A program made the position numbers and the translations under genes. Positions 18,043-28,700 of a stretch of DNA of 64,000 bases are shown in pieces; the first letter of the stretch is position 1; each line of letters opens with the position of its first letter. This stretch comes from a virus. The notes under the pieces are model-generated. The model was given only the letters and a program-made list of their open reading frames with translations, searched no databases and had not been told where the DNA came from. The stretch lies in the IMG/VR virus record IMGVR_UViG_3300042401_001747. One strand, given 5' to 3'.

Positions 18043-18116
18043 TGGGCCCTCTGGGACTTGAACCCAGGACTGACGGATTATGAGTCCGGCGCTCTAACCA
18101 ACTGAGCTAAGGGCCC
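18043..18116 (-). tRNA. tRNA with CAU anticodon, probably Ile2 (lysidine type) rather than Met
   Basis: GGGCCCTTAGCTCAGTTGGTTAGAGCGCCGGACT-CAT-AATCCGTCAGTCCTGGGTTCAAGTCCCAGAGGGCCCA; canonical cloverleaf, no encoded CCA. Confidence 0.9.
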
Positions 18117-18136
18117 GTTTTAGGCTGGTTTAATTC

Positions 18137-18379
18137 CTAAAGCGCGCAACATTTCTGATGTGCCATGAAAGCAATATGGTTTACCTGGTCTGCCAAACGG
18201 TCCGCCACGCTTGCTGGGTTATCCATTCCAAGCTCGTCCATAAGCCATTCAAACATTTCAAAAACGGCATACTCTAGTAATTCAATTTGTTTTTCTGGAG
18301 ATTTAGGGATAGGTCCAAGTTTGTACCTGCCGGTTTCCCATTCATTATAAGTGGTGTGGGTAAATTTTGTTTTACTCAT
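18137..18379 (-). CDS. hypothetical protein
   Basis: ORF track. Confidence 0.7.
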   Translation of the reverse strand: MSKTKFTHTTYNEWETGRYKLGPIPKSPEKQIELLEYAVFEMFEWLMDELGMDNPASVADRLADQVNHIAFMAHQKCCAL

Positions 18380-18401
18380 TGTTTTTTTTCTTTCTTTCTT
18401 T

Positions 18402-18704
18402 TTATTTATGCGTGCTTGGATTAGACATCACAGATTTAGGCGGGATTGGCAGTCCTCCGGCGTTCATTCGTAGCCATGTTTTTTCGTTGACTATTTCGTA
18501 TGCCCATGCATCCTGGGTATAGCCGTGATTTGCAGGGTGTGGTCGCCTGTCAATTAGTGACTTTAGAATTGCTCGCTCTTTGGTTTCTTCGATTGTTACA
18601 AACCATCTTTCTGCTGGGTCTGACGTATGCCATATGACGTAAACGACATCGTTATCAATTCCTGCTTGTGTAAATTTTCCTATGGTTCCTTTATTGTTTG
18701 GCAT
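18402..18704 (-). CDS. hypothetical protein
   Basis: ORF track, AAGG RBS. Confidence 0.7.
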   Translation of the reverse strand: MPNNKGTIGKFTQAGIDNDVVYVIWHTSDPAERWFVTIEETKERAILKSLIDRRPHPANHGYTQDAWAYEIVNEKTWLRMNAGGLPIPPKSVMSNPSTHK

Positions 18705-18713
18705 TTTTACCTT

Positions 18714-19070
18714 TCATAGTGCTTTCGATGGGGGTGAGTATGTTCGCCAAGTTGCATGTTTTTCGGGGTCACTATTTCCATCCCAGTAGGTAGGGATTTC
18801 TCCAAGAATTATTGCTGCGTCGTGTATGTCTGAATCCATCTTAGGGAGTTCCGTATCGAGAGTGTCAAGCCATCCGGCGGCCCAGTAGTCTTGCGAGCGT
18901 GCACTCATTACTTCAGGCATCCAAATTTTGAGAAGACTTTTTAATTGAGCTATTTCCGTTTTTGTTTGCGAAAGTTTTTCTTCAAGACCGTGGCAATGGT
19001 CAATCCAAAAATTTAGAGCCCTGCGCTCTTCTTCGCGTTTTTGCTCTGGTGGCAGGTCAGGCATTTCCAT
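18714..19070 (-). CDS. hypothetical protein
   Basis: ORF track, GGGA RBS. Confidence 0.7.
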   Translation of the reverse strand: MEMPDLPPEQKREEERRALNFWIDHCHGLEEKLSQTKTEIAQLKSLLKIWMPEVMSARSQDYWAAGWLDTLDTELPKMDSDIHDAAIILGEIPTYWDGNSDPEKHATWRTYSPPSKAL

Positions 19071-19083
19071 TTTTTATTCCCTT

Positions 19084-19242
19084 TTATTTTTGATTGCTGT
19101 TTTTATCTAGGTACTCGTGTATTGCTTTTCTGAGAAGCGAGCCTACTGATAGTTTTTCTTTTTCCGACACCAATACCAGACGGTCGTGAAGCTCTCGCGA
19201 TATGTGTAGTACTAGTTTTTCGTAATCTGTTAATTTTTTCAT
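19084..19242 (-). CDS. ribbon-helix-helix-like DNA-binding protein
   Basis: KLVLHISRELHDRLVLVSEKEKLSVGSLLRKAIHEYL; ATG 19242 with GAAGGA RBS. Confidence 0.65.
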   Translation of the reverse strand: MKKLTDYEKLVLHISRELHDRLVLVSEKEKLSVGSLLRKAIHEYLDKNSNQK

Positions 19243-19255
19243 AATTCCTTCTTTG

Positions 19256-19332
19256 TGCTGGAGGCGAGATTTGAACTCGCGTGTCACCATCTACCCTTTC
19301 TACACTTTATAAGAGTGAGGGGATACTCCAGC
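19256..19332 (-). tRNA. non-canonical tRNA-like RNA, anticodon UAU (Ile), no D-arm
   Basis: Acceptor GCTGGAG/CTCCAGC, T-arm GCGAG-TTCAAAT-CTCGC, anticodon arm CACT-CTTATAA-AGTG; only 8 nt between acceptor and anticodon stems; 22-nt variable region. Confidence 0.7.
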
Positions 19333-19347
19333 CATCGCTTTTTGTGG

Positions 19348-19677
19348 CTAAAGAGCGATGGCTATTCGAATGTTTTCTGTTAAGCGGCTTTTGCTGTAAC
19401 CGCCCCTCGAAGGAACTAGTCCGCCGAATACGCCGTCTTTAAACATTGCAAAAGCAGGAATTGACATTACGGAGTATCGCTTGCCAAATTCTGGAAACTC
19501 TTCTATGTCCATTTTTGCAAATATTACTTCTTCGGCCATTTCTGTTGACAGTTCATCGATGAGTGGTGCAATTATCCTGCAAGGCCCACACCAGGGTGCC
19601 CAAAAGTCAACAATGACTGGTTTATCTGCGCTTTGGATAAATTCATCAAAAGTGTTTGCGTTTAGTTCTGTTGTCAT
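19348..19677 (-). CDS. trxA: thioredoxin
   Basis: DFWAPWCGPC, VMSIP. Confidence 0.93.
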   Translation of the reverse strand: MTTELNANTFDEFIQSADKPVIVDFWAPWCGPCRIIAPLIDELSTEMAEEVIFAKMDIEEFPEFGKRYSVMSIPAFAMFKDGVFGGLVPSRGGYSKSRLTENIRIAIAL

Positions 19678-19715
19678 TTTTTTAATACTGCTTTCGTGTC
19701 TTGATATCTTTTAAT

Positions 19716-20165
19716 CTAGTCGTAGATTTGATTGATTAGCAAATCCTGAACGTGTTCTTTCATTAGAAGAAAACCACGAGCAGGGTTGTCGTTTCCGCCA
19801 AGATTTATCTTGGTCGACTCATTGAATGTTTCATGGTTTGCTCGTAGGTATCTTTTCACGCGAGCAACATCCACAACAACAAAACCCTGCGACGGAGAAA
19901 AAACGTAGACCCACCATTTGGCTGTAGTTACGTTTATGCCACTTTTGTGCCAGATTCTATTTCCGTCTGCGTCTGTTATTGCTCTGGGGTTCTGGTCAGT
20001 TTCTATAACCATTCTTCCGTTTCGGTAACGGTCTGTTTTTACCTCAAAGGAACCGTTAGACAAATCATCAAGAAACCCCTCTATCTCTTTTTCGCTTTGT
20101 AACCCAAACTCTAAGTCTTTTTTGAAGTCAAAAGACCGAGCTGGGATATCGAATGATTCCTTCAT
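19716..20165 (-). CDS. putative PD-(D/E)xK-like phage protein
   Basis: FEVKTD, SGINVTTAKWW. Confidence 0.6.
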   Translation of the reverse strand: MKESFDIPARSFDFKKDLEFGLQSEKEIEGFLDDLSNGSFEVKTDRYRNGRMVIETDQNPRAITDADGNRIWHKSGINVTTAKWWVYVFSPSQGFVVVDVARVKRYLRANHETFNESTKINLGGNDNPARGFLLMKEHVQDLLINQIYD

Positions 20166-20419
20166 TATCCTGCTACTAATTGATATTCTTCGGGTGTTTC
20201 ACGGCTCATCGTTACGCTCATTTCACCCTTTTCATTGAGGCCATCATCAACAGCTAATCCAAGCATTCCTGCTATCAGTTCAGAAATGTCTTCAGCAGCC
20301 ATTTGCGTTTCACGAGCCTCTTCCAGACTATCTGATTCTAGCCCCATAAAGTTAGATATTGTTTCGGCAAATAGGTCTATGAGGGAGAGTCGAAGTTCTG
20401 TTCCGTTTTTTGAATTCAT
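20165..20419 (-). CDS. acidic hypothetical protein
   Basis: ATG 20419; stop overlaps the next start. Confidence 0.6.
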   Translation of the reverse strand: MNSKNGTELRLSLIDLFAETISNFMGLESDSLEEARETQMAAEDISELIAGMLGLAVDDGLNEKGEMSVTMSRETPEEYQLVAG

Positions 20420-20506
20420 GGTTGACATACTAGCGCAGGACGTGTATCGTGTGCTTGTCCAGGAATGACCCATTCCGAAGGCAACCATATAGAAAAGAGA
20501 TAACCC

Positions 20507-20983
20507 ATGAATTTGGCCCCAATTACAGTGGTCGGGAACCTGACAGCAGACCCCGAACTCACCTACACAACATCAGGACAAGCAAAACTGAGCTTTTCCG
20601 TAGCATCAACCCATGTTTGGTACGACCAGGCTGGAGAGAAGCAAGAGAAGACAAGCTACTTCAACATCGCCGCTTGGCGTTACTTGGCTGAGAACTCAGC
20701 TCGCACTCTCGAAAAGGGAATTGGCGTCATCGTGTACGGCCGCCTAGAGCAGCGTTCATACGAAGACAAAGAAGGCATCAAGCGTTCAGCAGTTGAACTC
20801 GTAGCAGAAGAAGTTGCTATTTCAACAAAGTCACTTGAGACAATTGAGCGTCGTCAGCGAAGCGAGAATGCCCAGTCGGCAGCTCCTCGTGGACAATCAG
20901 ACCAGCAGCGCAGAACCCGCCCAAATACCGCAAAGGTACCTGCTGGCGGTCTTCTTGAGGAAATTGACTCAGACCCGTTTTAG
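20507..20983 (+). CDS. ssb: single-stranded DNA-binding protein
   Basis: VGNLTADPEL, GRLEQRSYEDKEG, acidic DSDPF tail. Confidence 0.95.
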   Translation: MNLAPITVVGNLTADPELTYTTSGQAKLSFSVASTHVWYDQAGEKQEKTSYFNIAAWRYLAENSARTLEKGIGVIVYGRLEQRSYEDKEGIKRSAVELVAEEVAISTKSLETIERRQRSENAQSAAPRGQSDQQRRTRPNTAKVPAGGLLEEIDSDPF

Positions 20984-21033
20984 TCCGCTCATGGGCGCAC
21001 TGAGCGCCTGAGAACGGTTTACAGAACCAATAG

Positions 21034-21080
21034 AACACCCAGCTGGCGAGATTTCCTCAAAGGCTGGGTGTTTTGTTTTG
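21034..21080 (+). terminator. intrinsic terminator after ssb
   Basis: AACACCCAGC...GCTGGGTGTT followed by T-rich sequence. Confidence 0.65.
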
Positions 21081-21194
21081 TCCAAGCTTACATAGATATA
21101 TATTTTTAAAAAATGTTTGAAATATGTTGCAAAAAACCAAAACCTTGTTTATGATTTCCTTACCCATCCACCTACATAAAACTGGGAGTCAATA

Positions 21195-21443
21195 ATGTCA
21201 GAATATAGCAAGCTTCGCGAAAAGGGAATCAACCGAGGTCGGCCTAAGCACAGTCCTGAACAAAAGGCCGAATCACAGATGCGCAACTCGGTCCGGCAGG
21301 AAGCACGTCGAAGGGCTCATATGGTTCTCAAGGCACGTCATGCCGAAGAGTTCAATGCGATTTATGAGGCAGAGATGAAAGACCTCGTTAAAGAGCTTTC
21401 GACACCTCAAAAAAGCGCACCGAAGAAGTCCTCGAAAAACTAG
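21195..21443 (+). CDS. basic hypothetical protein with an AT-hook-like RGRP
   Basis: TTGCAA-17bp-TATGAT promoter at 21127-21155; GGGAG RBS. Confidence 0.75.
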   Translation: MSEYSKLREKGINRGRPKHSPEQKAESQMRNSVRQEARRRAHMVLKARHAEEFNAIYEAEMKDLVKELSTPQKSAPKKSSKN

Positions 21444-21601
21444 TCTTCTGTTTCGGCTTCTTTTTTAGCATTCCTATAGGAGTGTTCTAAAGCGGCTATC
21501 AAATCAAGCCCTCTTTCTTCTCCGTCATGATTTCTTTTTGAGTCAAGGGCGTTTAGGTCAGCAAGGAGTTTTATGTCTGCATCTATTCCAGGGAAGGTCA
21601 T
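21440..21601 (-). CDS. hypothetical protein
   Basis: ATG 21601 next to the upstream stop. Confidence 0.55.
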   Translation of the reverse strand: MTFPGIDADIKLLADLNALDSKRNHDGEERGLDLIAALEHSYRNAKKEAETED

Positions 21602-21602
21602 G

Positions 21603-21788
21603 TTAGGAGTCCTTGTCTTTGTGATTCTTGGTGTTTCTTTTAAGTGCTTTTTTTCTTGAAGAACCATAGCTTATTTCTAGCCAGTCATCAAAGTCTTCGT
21701 ATGTCCCAACGCTGTGCTGCACGTATCTTTCGTATTGAGATAAGAGACTTAAGTACTCTTCGTTGTTTTCATCAAAACGTGATGGCAT
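21603..21788 (-). CDS. hypothetical protein
   Basis: ORF track. Confidence 0.65.
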   Translation of the reverse strand: MPSRFDENNEEYLSLLSQYERYVQHSVGTYEDFDDWLEISYGSSRKKALKRNTKNHKDKDS

Positions 21789-21797
21789 AGGAATACC

Positions 21798-22286
21798 TTA
21801 TTGTCTTTTTCTTGCTTTTTTAGCAGCTTCAGTGTTTGAAACAAACTGGCTACCTTTTCGGCTGCCAAGTATTTTCTTCCTGTTTGTCGCAGCTCTTTGT
21901 GCTGGCGTCAGTTTTGCCCACGCTTTTGCTGGAAGATACCTACGAGTTCCGCCCTTGCGTATCGCTGGCTTGCCATCTGACGTGCTCCACTTCTCGCGAG
22001 TCCACGTCTTTAATGAGCGCTGTGCCTTACGTGGGGCTCCTTTATAGCCTCCACCAGCCTTCCGGTACTCCATGGCCAGTAATTGAGCCTTGCGTGCGCT
22101 CCACTGTCCAGGCTTGCCGCCTTTTGAGCCAGCCATGATTCTGTTCTTTATACGTTCACGAACATCTGGTTTTGTGTAGGACATCTTTGCTGTTTTTTCA
22201 AGAACATCAGGCGCTCCTTCTGTAAAAACAGATGCAGCCTCTTCGACCCATGCTGGTGAATCTGGGGAATTTTTATGGTCTCTCAT
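21798..22286 (-). CDS. basic phage protein (DUF5872-like)
   Basis: YTKPDVRERIK...GGKPGQWSARKAQLLA..YRKAGGGY...WTREKW...RYLP. Confidence 0.7.
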   Translation of the reverse strand: MRDHKNSPDSPAWVEEAASVFTEGAPDVLEKTAKMSYTKPDVRERIKNRIMAGSKGGKPGQWSARKAQLLAMEYRKAGGGYKGAPRKAQRSLKTWTREKWSTSDGKPAIRKGGTRRYLPAKAWAKLTPAQRAATNRKKILGSRKGSQFVSNTEAAKKARKRQ

Positions 22287-22570
22287 TTTTCATTTTCTTT
22301 AATCGCTTTTTCCGCTTCACCTATTATCCATGCAGTTTCGGCGTTTAACGTGTAAAGCCATGGATGGGATTTTGCGAAGTCAACGATTACTTGTGAGCCG
22401 TCTTCCCCACTGAAGTCAATCCCTACGAATCTAAGCACATCGTAGATGCTCTCTACTCCAGGAATGTCGATTTGGCGATACTTGGCCCAGTCGGCATTCT
22501 CTTGAGAATCGTCAATGTTTACTCTATTCGTCGCCATCTTTTTTCTTTCGGGTCTTGAGTGGCTTGACAT
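22283..22570 (-). CDS. hypothetical protein
   Basis: ORF track; the start may be the internal ATG (MATNRV). Confidence 0.6.
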   Translation of the reverse strand: MSSHSRPERKKMATNRVNIDDSQENADWAKYRQIDIPGVESIYDVLRFVGIDFSGEDGSQVIVDFAKSHPWLYTLNAETAWIIGEAEKAIKENEK

Positions 22571-22757
22571 ATCTGGATGGCATCGGAGTATTTAAGGACG
22601 GGATATCCAGGAAAGAGGGTTTGCTCTCTTCCGGTTCGGGCTTTGATTTATTTTTCCCGGTTGTGCGTATTTTTGCAGTAGGCAAACCCCTGGCTCCTAT
22701 TTGGTCCAGTTCTAAGCTAAAAACTTTTTTCTGTTCGTCTTTTTTACCAAGGGCCAT
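22524..22757 (-). CDS. hypothetical protein
   Basis: ORF track; overlaps the giant ORF stop. Confidence 0.55.
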   Translation of the reverse strand: MALGKKDEQKKVFSLELDQIGARGLPTAKIRTTGKNKSKPEPEESKPSFLDIPSLNTPMPSRYVKPLKTRKKKDGDE

Positions 22758-25700
22758 AGTGTTGACTTTCTAACATGTTTGCTTCTGCTTCTTCAATGTC
22801 GTACCTAAGCACGTCTGCTTCTTCAATATTTCCAATGCCGTAGTAGAGAATCTGTGGAAACTCTACCCTATTGCCGTTTGAGTAATCTCTGACCCACACA
22901 AGACCATCTCTCTCAAATTCGGTCCAGGCATGAGGGAATCTAAGCCCCTCTGCTTCTCCTCCGGTACCAAGAGGATAGCCGTGTACTATTTTTACCTTGT
23001 CGTAGGCATCGGCCAGTTTTCTAGCCTGCTGTATTGCTTCACTAAAGCAGTCACCCTCTCCGTCGGGGACTTTTTGATTAAACTTTTTCTCAAATTCGTC
23101 GTCATGAAGCTGAACGCTCTTTGGTTTCGCTTTTTTAACCGGTTTTTTACCAGAAGACAATCTCGTGTTGTTTTCTCCGTCGGTTTTGATAACCAAAGCA
23201 CCCTTTTCTTGTGGGTCAAAAGCACCAACTTGACGAAGTGTGATTATTTGCCTGTAGGCCTTTGACTCATCTGGCTTCACGCTCACTACTTCAAGTCTGC
23301 CTCCGGAAACAAACTCTCGTGGAGTCATTCCAGCGTCCTCGTCATCCATAGCATCGTAATACTCTTCATGGTCTTCAGGTAGCGGCTCGCCTTGCCATTC
23401 ACGTTGGATGGTTTCGTTTCCGACTTCATCTAGCGCTTCTTCTATGTCTATTTTTATGTTTGACTTCTCTAGTGGGGTTTTGGCTTCTCTATAGTCTTCG
23501 ACAAGCTTAATTAGTTTGTCAGCAAACTCTTTATCATAATCAGCGTTATCTTCATCTACTTCTCCATTTTCTACATCAGCCAGTATCGCTTCTGCAAATT
23601 CGTTGATGTTGTAGAGAGTGTCGCTTTCGTGTCTATTGGAGAAAACCGGTTCAAACGTTCCTCCAGTTTGATAAGAACCAGGGAAGTCCTCCAACACCAA
23701 AAGGGCATCGCTGCCGAACCTGGTCAAGAAATGGTCTCCTCTAGGAGATGGTCCAATTTCAACAAAAGCAAGTAGAGGGATATCCACCTGACTACCAACC
23801 TGCATTGCATCAAAGAACTGTTTTCCTTCTTCTGGTGAAGAAAACATCATGGCTCTATATAGATAGGGTTGTCTATCATATTTTCTGCCATTAATCAAAG
23901 AATCAACAACACTCGCCATTAGGTAGCGTGCTTGCTCGGTTCTCTTTTCGGGAGACACTGTTGTTTGAAATTTTGAGTTTCCAAAAAATCCACCGCTTTG
24001 GCTAATATTCGGGTCTCTCTCCGAGTACTCGTCTATTCCGGCAAGTTCATATGCTGCTGTTCTTATTTCGCGACATGGGTCCCATTGCATCCAGTCTCCG
24101 CCAACAGACTCTTTAACTATGTCGTCCCTGTCTTCTTCACTATCGTCTGGAGACGCTCCAAGAACTTCGAAATCAACAATCTCTTCAACTGTTTTCCATT
24201 CTGGAGTATGAGATTTCTTGCCTGAAGAAAGTTTTTGAACTGATTCGACGGGCTGGTCATTGGTCATGACGTTTCCATCGGGCATGATTGCTCCAGTAAG
24301 GTTTGCACCAGTCAGGTTTGCATTAGAAATGCGTGCTCCAGACAGGTTTGCTCCTTCCAGGTTTGCCCCGGTTAAGTTTACGTCAGTTAGGTCCACTCCC
24401 TCAAGGTTCGCCCCAGACAGGTTTGCGCCCTCCAAGTTAGCACCTCTGAAAAGTGTTATGTTTGTAAGAATTGCTTTAGACAAGTCTGCGCCCCTAAGGT
24501 CCGCGCCAAGAAGATTTGCACCAGTCAGATTTGCACCAGTGAAGTCTGCATTCTTTAAGTTTGTATCAGACATTTGCGCGCCAATCAATCTTGCAAGCTT
24601 TAGGTTTGCACCTTCAAGGATTGCCTGAAACATGTTTGCCATTTCTAGGTTTGCGTATTCTAGGTTTGCCCTGGTCAGGTCTGCATTGGTCATCACGGAC
24701 TGGCTCATGTTTGCTCTGGTTAGGTTTGCTTCGGTAAGGTTTGTATCATTAATGTTTGCTTTAATCATGCTGGCTTCAGTCAGGTTTGCCCCGCTCAGGT
24801 CTGCCATGTATAGGTCTGCGCGAGCAAGTTCGGTTTCCGACATGTTTGCTCCACTGAGATTTGCCTTAAATAGGATGGCGTCTTCCATGACCGCGCCAGT
24901 CAAGTCTGAATTACTCAGGTCTATCTCTCTCATTACTGAAAACTGCATATTTGCTCCAGATAGATTTGCTCCAGCCAATTTTTTACCTTCAAGTAAAGTA
25001 TTGCTTAAATCCATGCCTCTTATGTCTGAGCCAGAATTAAAGAGTTCTTCTATTGTGTCGGAGTTCTCGAAAATAGTTTCTCTTCTTTGTGTGATACTTT
25101 CAAACGCTTTATCAATATTAGCGATATTTACATTTTTTAATTTTTCCAACAATGATGGTTTCTCCATGCTGCCCACACTTTCTGGCTGAATAGCGTCCGT
25201 GCGTACAGCCAAGACCCTCATTGGTTTACCGAAAAGAACAACCTCATCTTCATTTAGACATCCAAAACCGGTTAAAGCATTAGAAAACACGTCCTCGACT
25301 GGTACAAAAGTTTTAATCAACGTAGGAGTGCCCGTGCCGGCGGTGCTGTATGTACTACTGAATGAGCGAGCAACGTCCATACTTGTGGCCCACGAAGACA
25401 AAGGTCTCATTGTGGTGTCCATTGACTCAATCTCGCCCGCCAGCAACCGAGTGTCTGATTGCGTAAATCCTCTATATGCAGGAATGTGCGTAATTCCCTT
25501 GGTTTTGTAATACAGCTGAGTGGAATCGTATATTTTTTGGAGAATAGGTCTAATCATTGCTACTTGTGCATCGATTAGTTCGGGGGCTCCGTCGAACTCA
25601 TGGGCCGGCATGCCTTCTTTTTCATCTAGACGTCGAGCCCGAAGAGGCGACGTCGACCAGCCAACGGCTTCGTCCAAGCCAAACATTTTTCTTATTTCGT

Positions 25701-28700
25701 GCTGTATTGCAAGAGCAACGGGGTTTGCGTTATTGGCAGATATGGCCCAAGTATGAATAAGGTCAGAAACTAGGGCTTCTCGAACAATGCGTTTTCCTTC
25801 AGTGGTTTCCACATCAAAGAACACAACCCCTGTCTCCTTTGTGTAACTTTCTAGTTTCGACTCATAATTTCCAGCCCTAGAACGTACGTTTCTCAACAGG
25901 TGTTCTTTTAGTGCTTTTTGAACTTCTGGCGAATCAATGCTTGAACTATCAACTTTAACTAGTCCTGATTTTATTATTTCTTTTAACTTTTCTAACGTGA
26001 GCTGATTTTTAAACTCGGGCATAATATCCGAAAGTTTTTCAAGGTAATCTTCATCGTTAACGTCAAGAGACGCCATTGCATCTATTACCTTACTGCTTAC
26101 TCCGCGACCCAATAATGAAATTAGTTCATACCCTTGCTCGCCTGTTTTGGGATTAGGTTCACCTATTTTAGCGAGTCCAAAAGCCTTGCCTTCGTTTTCT
26201 TTAATTTCGGCAATAAGATTATTTAAAAGCCCGCGTCGTGGAATTAACTCATCTAGAAACTCTCTTCTAATATCGTCAGTTCCAAGTTTTGTCATCAAAT
26301 AAGGAGTAAAAAGTGACCTCATGCCGCCATCTGTAGCCATTAATTCAGCAAAAGATGAAGAACCAAAAAGTTCACCAAACTCTTCTGTTTCTAATTTGTC
26401 CAATATTTCGTCGTAATACCGTGCTCGACCAAGAATGTCGTCATGTATTTTCGCTGCAATAACACGTCCGCTTTTTGTATCAAAGGCAGCTCTAGCGGCT
26501 GCTCTTCTTTCTGTGCTTGTAGCATCGACCGGCAAGTTTTCTAAAGTTTTATACAGTCTTTGTACTGCTGCAAAAGTCTCCGTGGTATGAAAGCCGTGAC
26601 CTGCTTTGTCTGTAGCAAAAACGTTAATAAATTCTTGAACGTCAAAATCTACTGAGCGAGAGAGGTTTGCTGCAATTGTTATTTTAGCAATTGCAGAGGC
26701 TTTTGCGTTAGATGGAGTACCGCTTAGCTCTTGGAAAGAATCAAACTCTAAAGCCAAGGCTTGTACATCTTTCAATACTTCGTCCCTTAAAGTTTGTTCA
26801 TCGGGTACCGGTGAGGCTTTGAGTAATTCTTCAGATGGTTCAGGAGCGAACGAAACAAGACCTTCAGGCCTCTCCACCACTGGAGGCTTACTCTTTTCCT
26901 CAACGGTTTCTTCTTCGGTTTCTTCTTTTCTAAATCTTGAGAAAATTGTTTTACGTTTGCCCTTTTTGGCACCCGAAGAAAGACGGTTTTCTGAGCCAGC
27001 TTCAGAATCGCTCCACGGAAGGTCCTTTTCATCAACGCCAATTAGTGTATAAATATCTTTTCTAAGTTTCTTGCTTAGAGTCTTTTCTGGCATTTCCTTG
27101 TTTGGATGCATTATTGCAACAAAGGCTTCCGCCATAGCCTCTCTTTTGTTTATGTTTCCGTAAGAGGTGGATAAGAGAGGCTCGTCGGGGTGGGCTCTGA
27201 ACATTTCTTCAGGGCTTCTCCCTGTGAGGTCGATGAACTGCGAATAGATTTCTATTCTCTTGTCGTCAGTTTCGTAGTCACCATATTCTTCTGCAACATC
27301 AAGTGAAGCCACGTATCTTGGGTCAGAGAGTTTTCCGGTTCCGTAATATGAGCGCATTTTTCCTGATGCGCCGTTTGTTTCCGTATCCCAAAGTGCTCTG
27401 TGATGTATCCAGTGTCCGAACTCGTGAACAAGTGTTCCTTCTAGGGACCTGTCGATATGAGCGTCTCGCGGTGCTGGAACCCGGTCTGGGTCAAAACTTA
27501 TTGGATAAACATCCTTGTCGTCATTAAGTAGCGACTCTCTGTCGATTAATGCTCGAGGGGAAATTCCTATAGAACCCAGGGAACGGTTAGCAAGGCCGCT
27601 TATGAATGGTATTTTCTCCGTTCCGCGCTGCTTAGCAAGAAGGGCAAGACGTTCCTTCATGTCTGGGCTGTTTTCGTAGGCATCCATTCCTTCGCGAGTA
27701 AACGGAACAATCAATGGTGCTCCGAAGTTTTGCATTACCCACATAACAGAAGGAGAGGAATCCAGCAGGTCTTTTACTAATTTTTGTGTAGCAGCTATTG
27801 ATTCTGGAGAATAATCAACAGGAATATTGGTTGAGTCTTTTTGTAGCTCCGCATAGTAGTTCCTAATGAACGTTTCGCGATTTTTATCGGTGCGCCATGT
27901 TGGTCCAGCAATATCATCAGCCCACATCTCAAAATACTCTTCAGCATTTGTTGGAATAATAACCTTAGATATTTCATCAGAGTTAAGGTCTGCAAGCCAT
28001 GTTGAAGAATCTCTGCGAACTATTTTTCCTGAGGAACCCTGTGTCCCGTAACCGGAAGCGTTGGGGCCTTCTTGCTCCCTCTTTGACGGAACGTTCATAG
28101 GTATCATTTCGCGCTGTCTGCCAGAGGAAAGACGGTCGTTCTTTCCCAAAATATCGTGCGCAAGAGCTAATTCAATATCTTCTTCGTTGGCTTCATAAAT
28201 TGGCTTGCTTCCAGAAGACAGTCGTCCACTAGTAGATGCTGCATCAAGCTTCTTAAGAACTGAATTAAAATCACCAGCATATATACGCGTTTCGGAGTCA
28301 GATACGCCTTCAATATTGAATACGGTTCTTGGTCGATTACGGTAGCCCATTGTTTCATTCATATTTAGGTCGTACTCGTCAAGTCTGCCAACCCTGAGCA
28401 TTCGTTCGGCGGAGTACATCATGTAATGAAGATGCTTAACGACTATTTTTTCTTGAGGCGTTAGAGGTGAGTCTGGGTGGTCCGCAAGGGACATCATGGC
28501 AAGGTCGTTTGCCCATTCTCCATGGCGGTCAAAAGCTCTACCGGTTCCGAGATGTCCGAATAGGTCATGGGTGTCTTGAAGTGCCTTGCCATAGAGTCCC
28601 ATATTGAATTTATGCGGGTCAGTTATTCCACCTATGTAGCCACGAAGATATGTATCCGTGCTGTGGCTGATTCTTGAACCTGGAAGAAAAAACTCCTCGT

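Noticed and set aside
24260-25189. Plus-strand ORFs with RFAP repeats
   Set aside because: Antisense shadows of the pentapeptide repeats.
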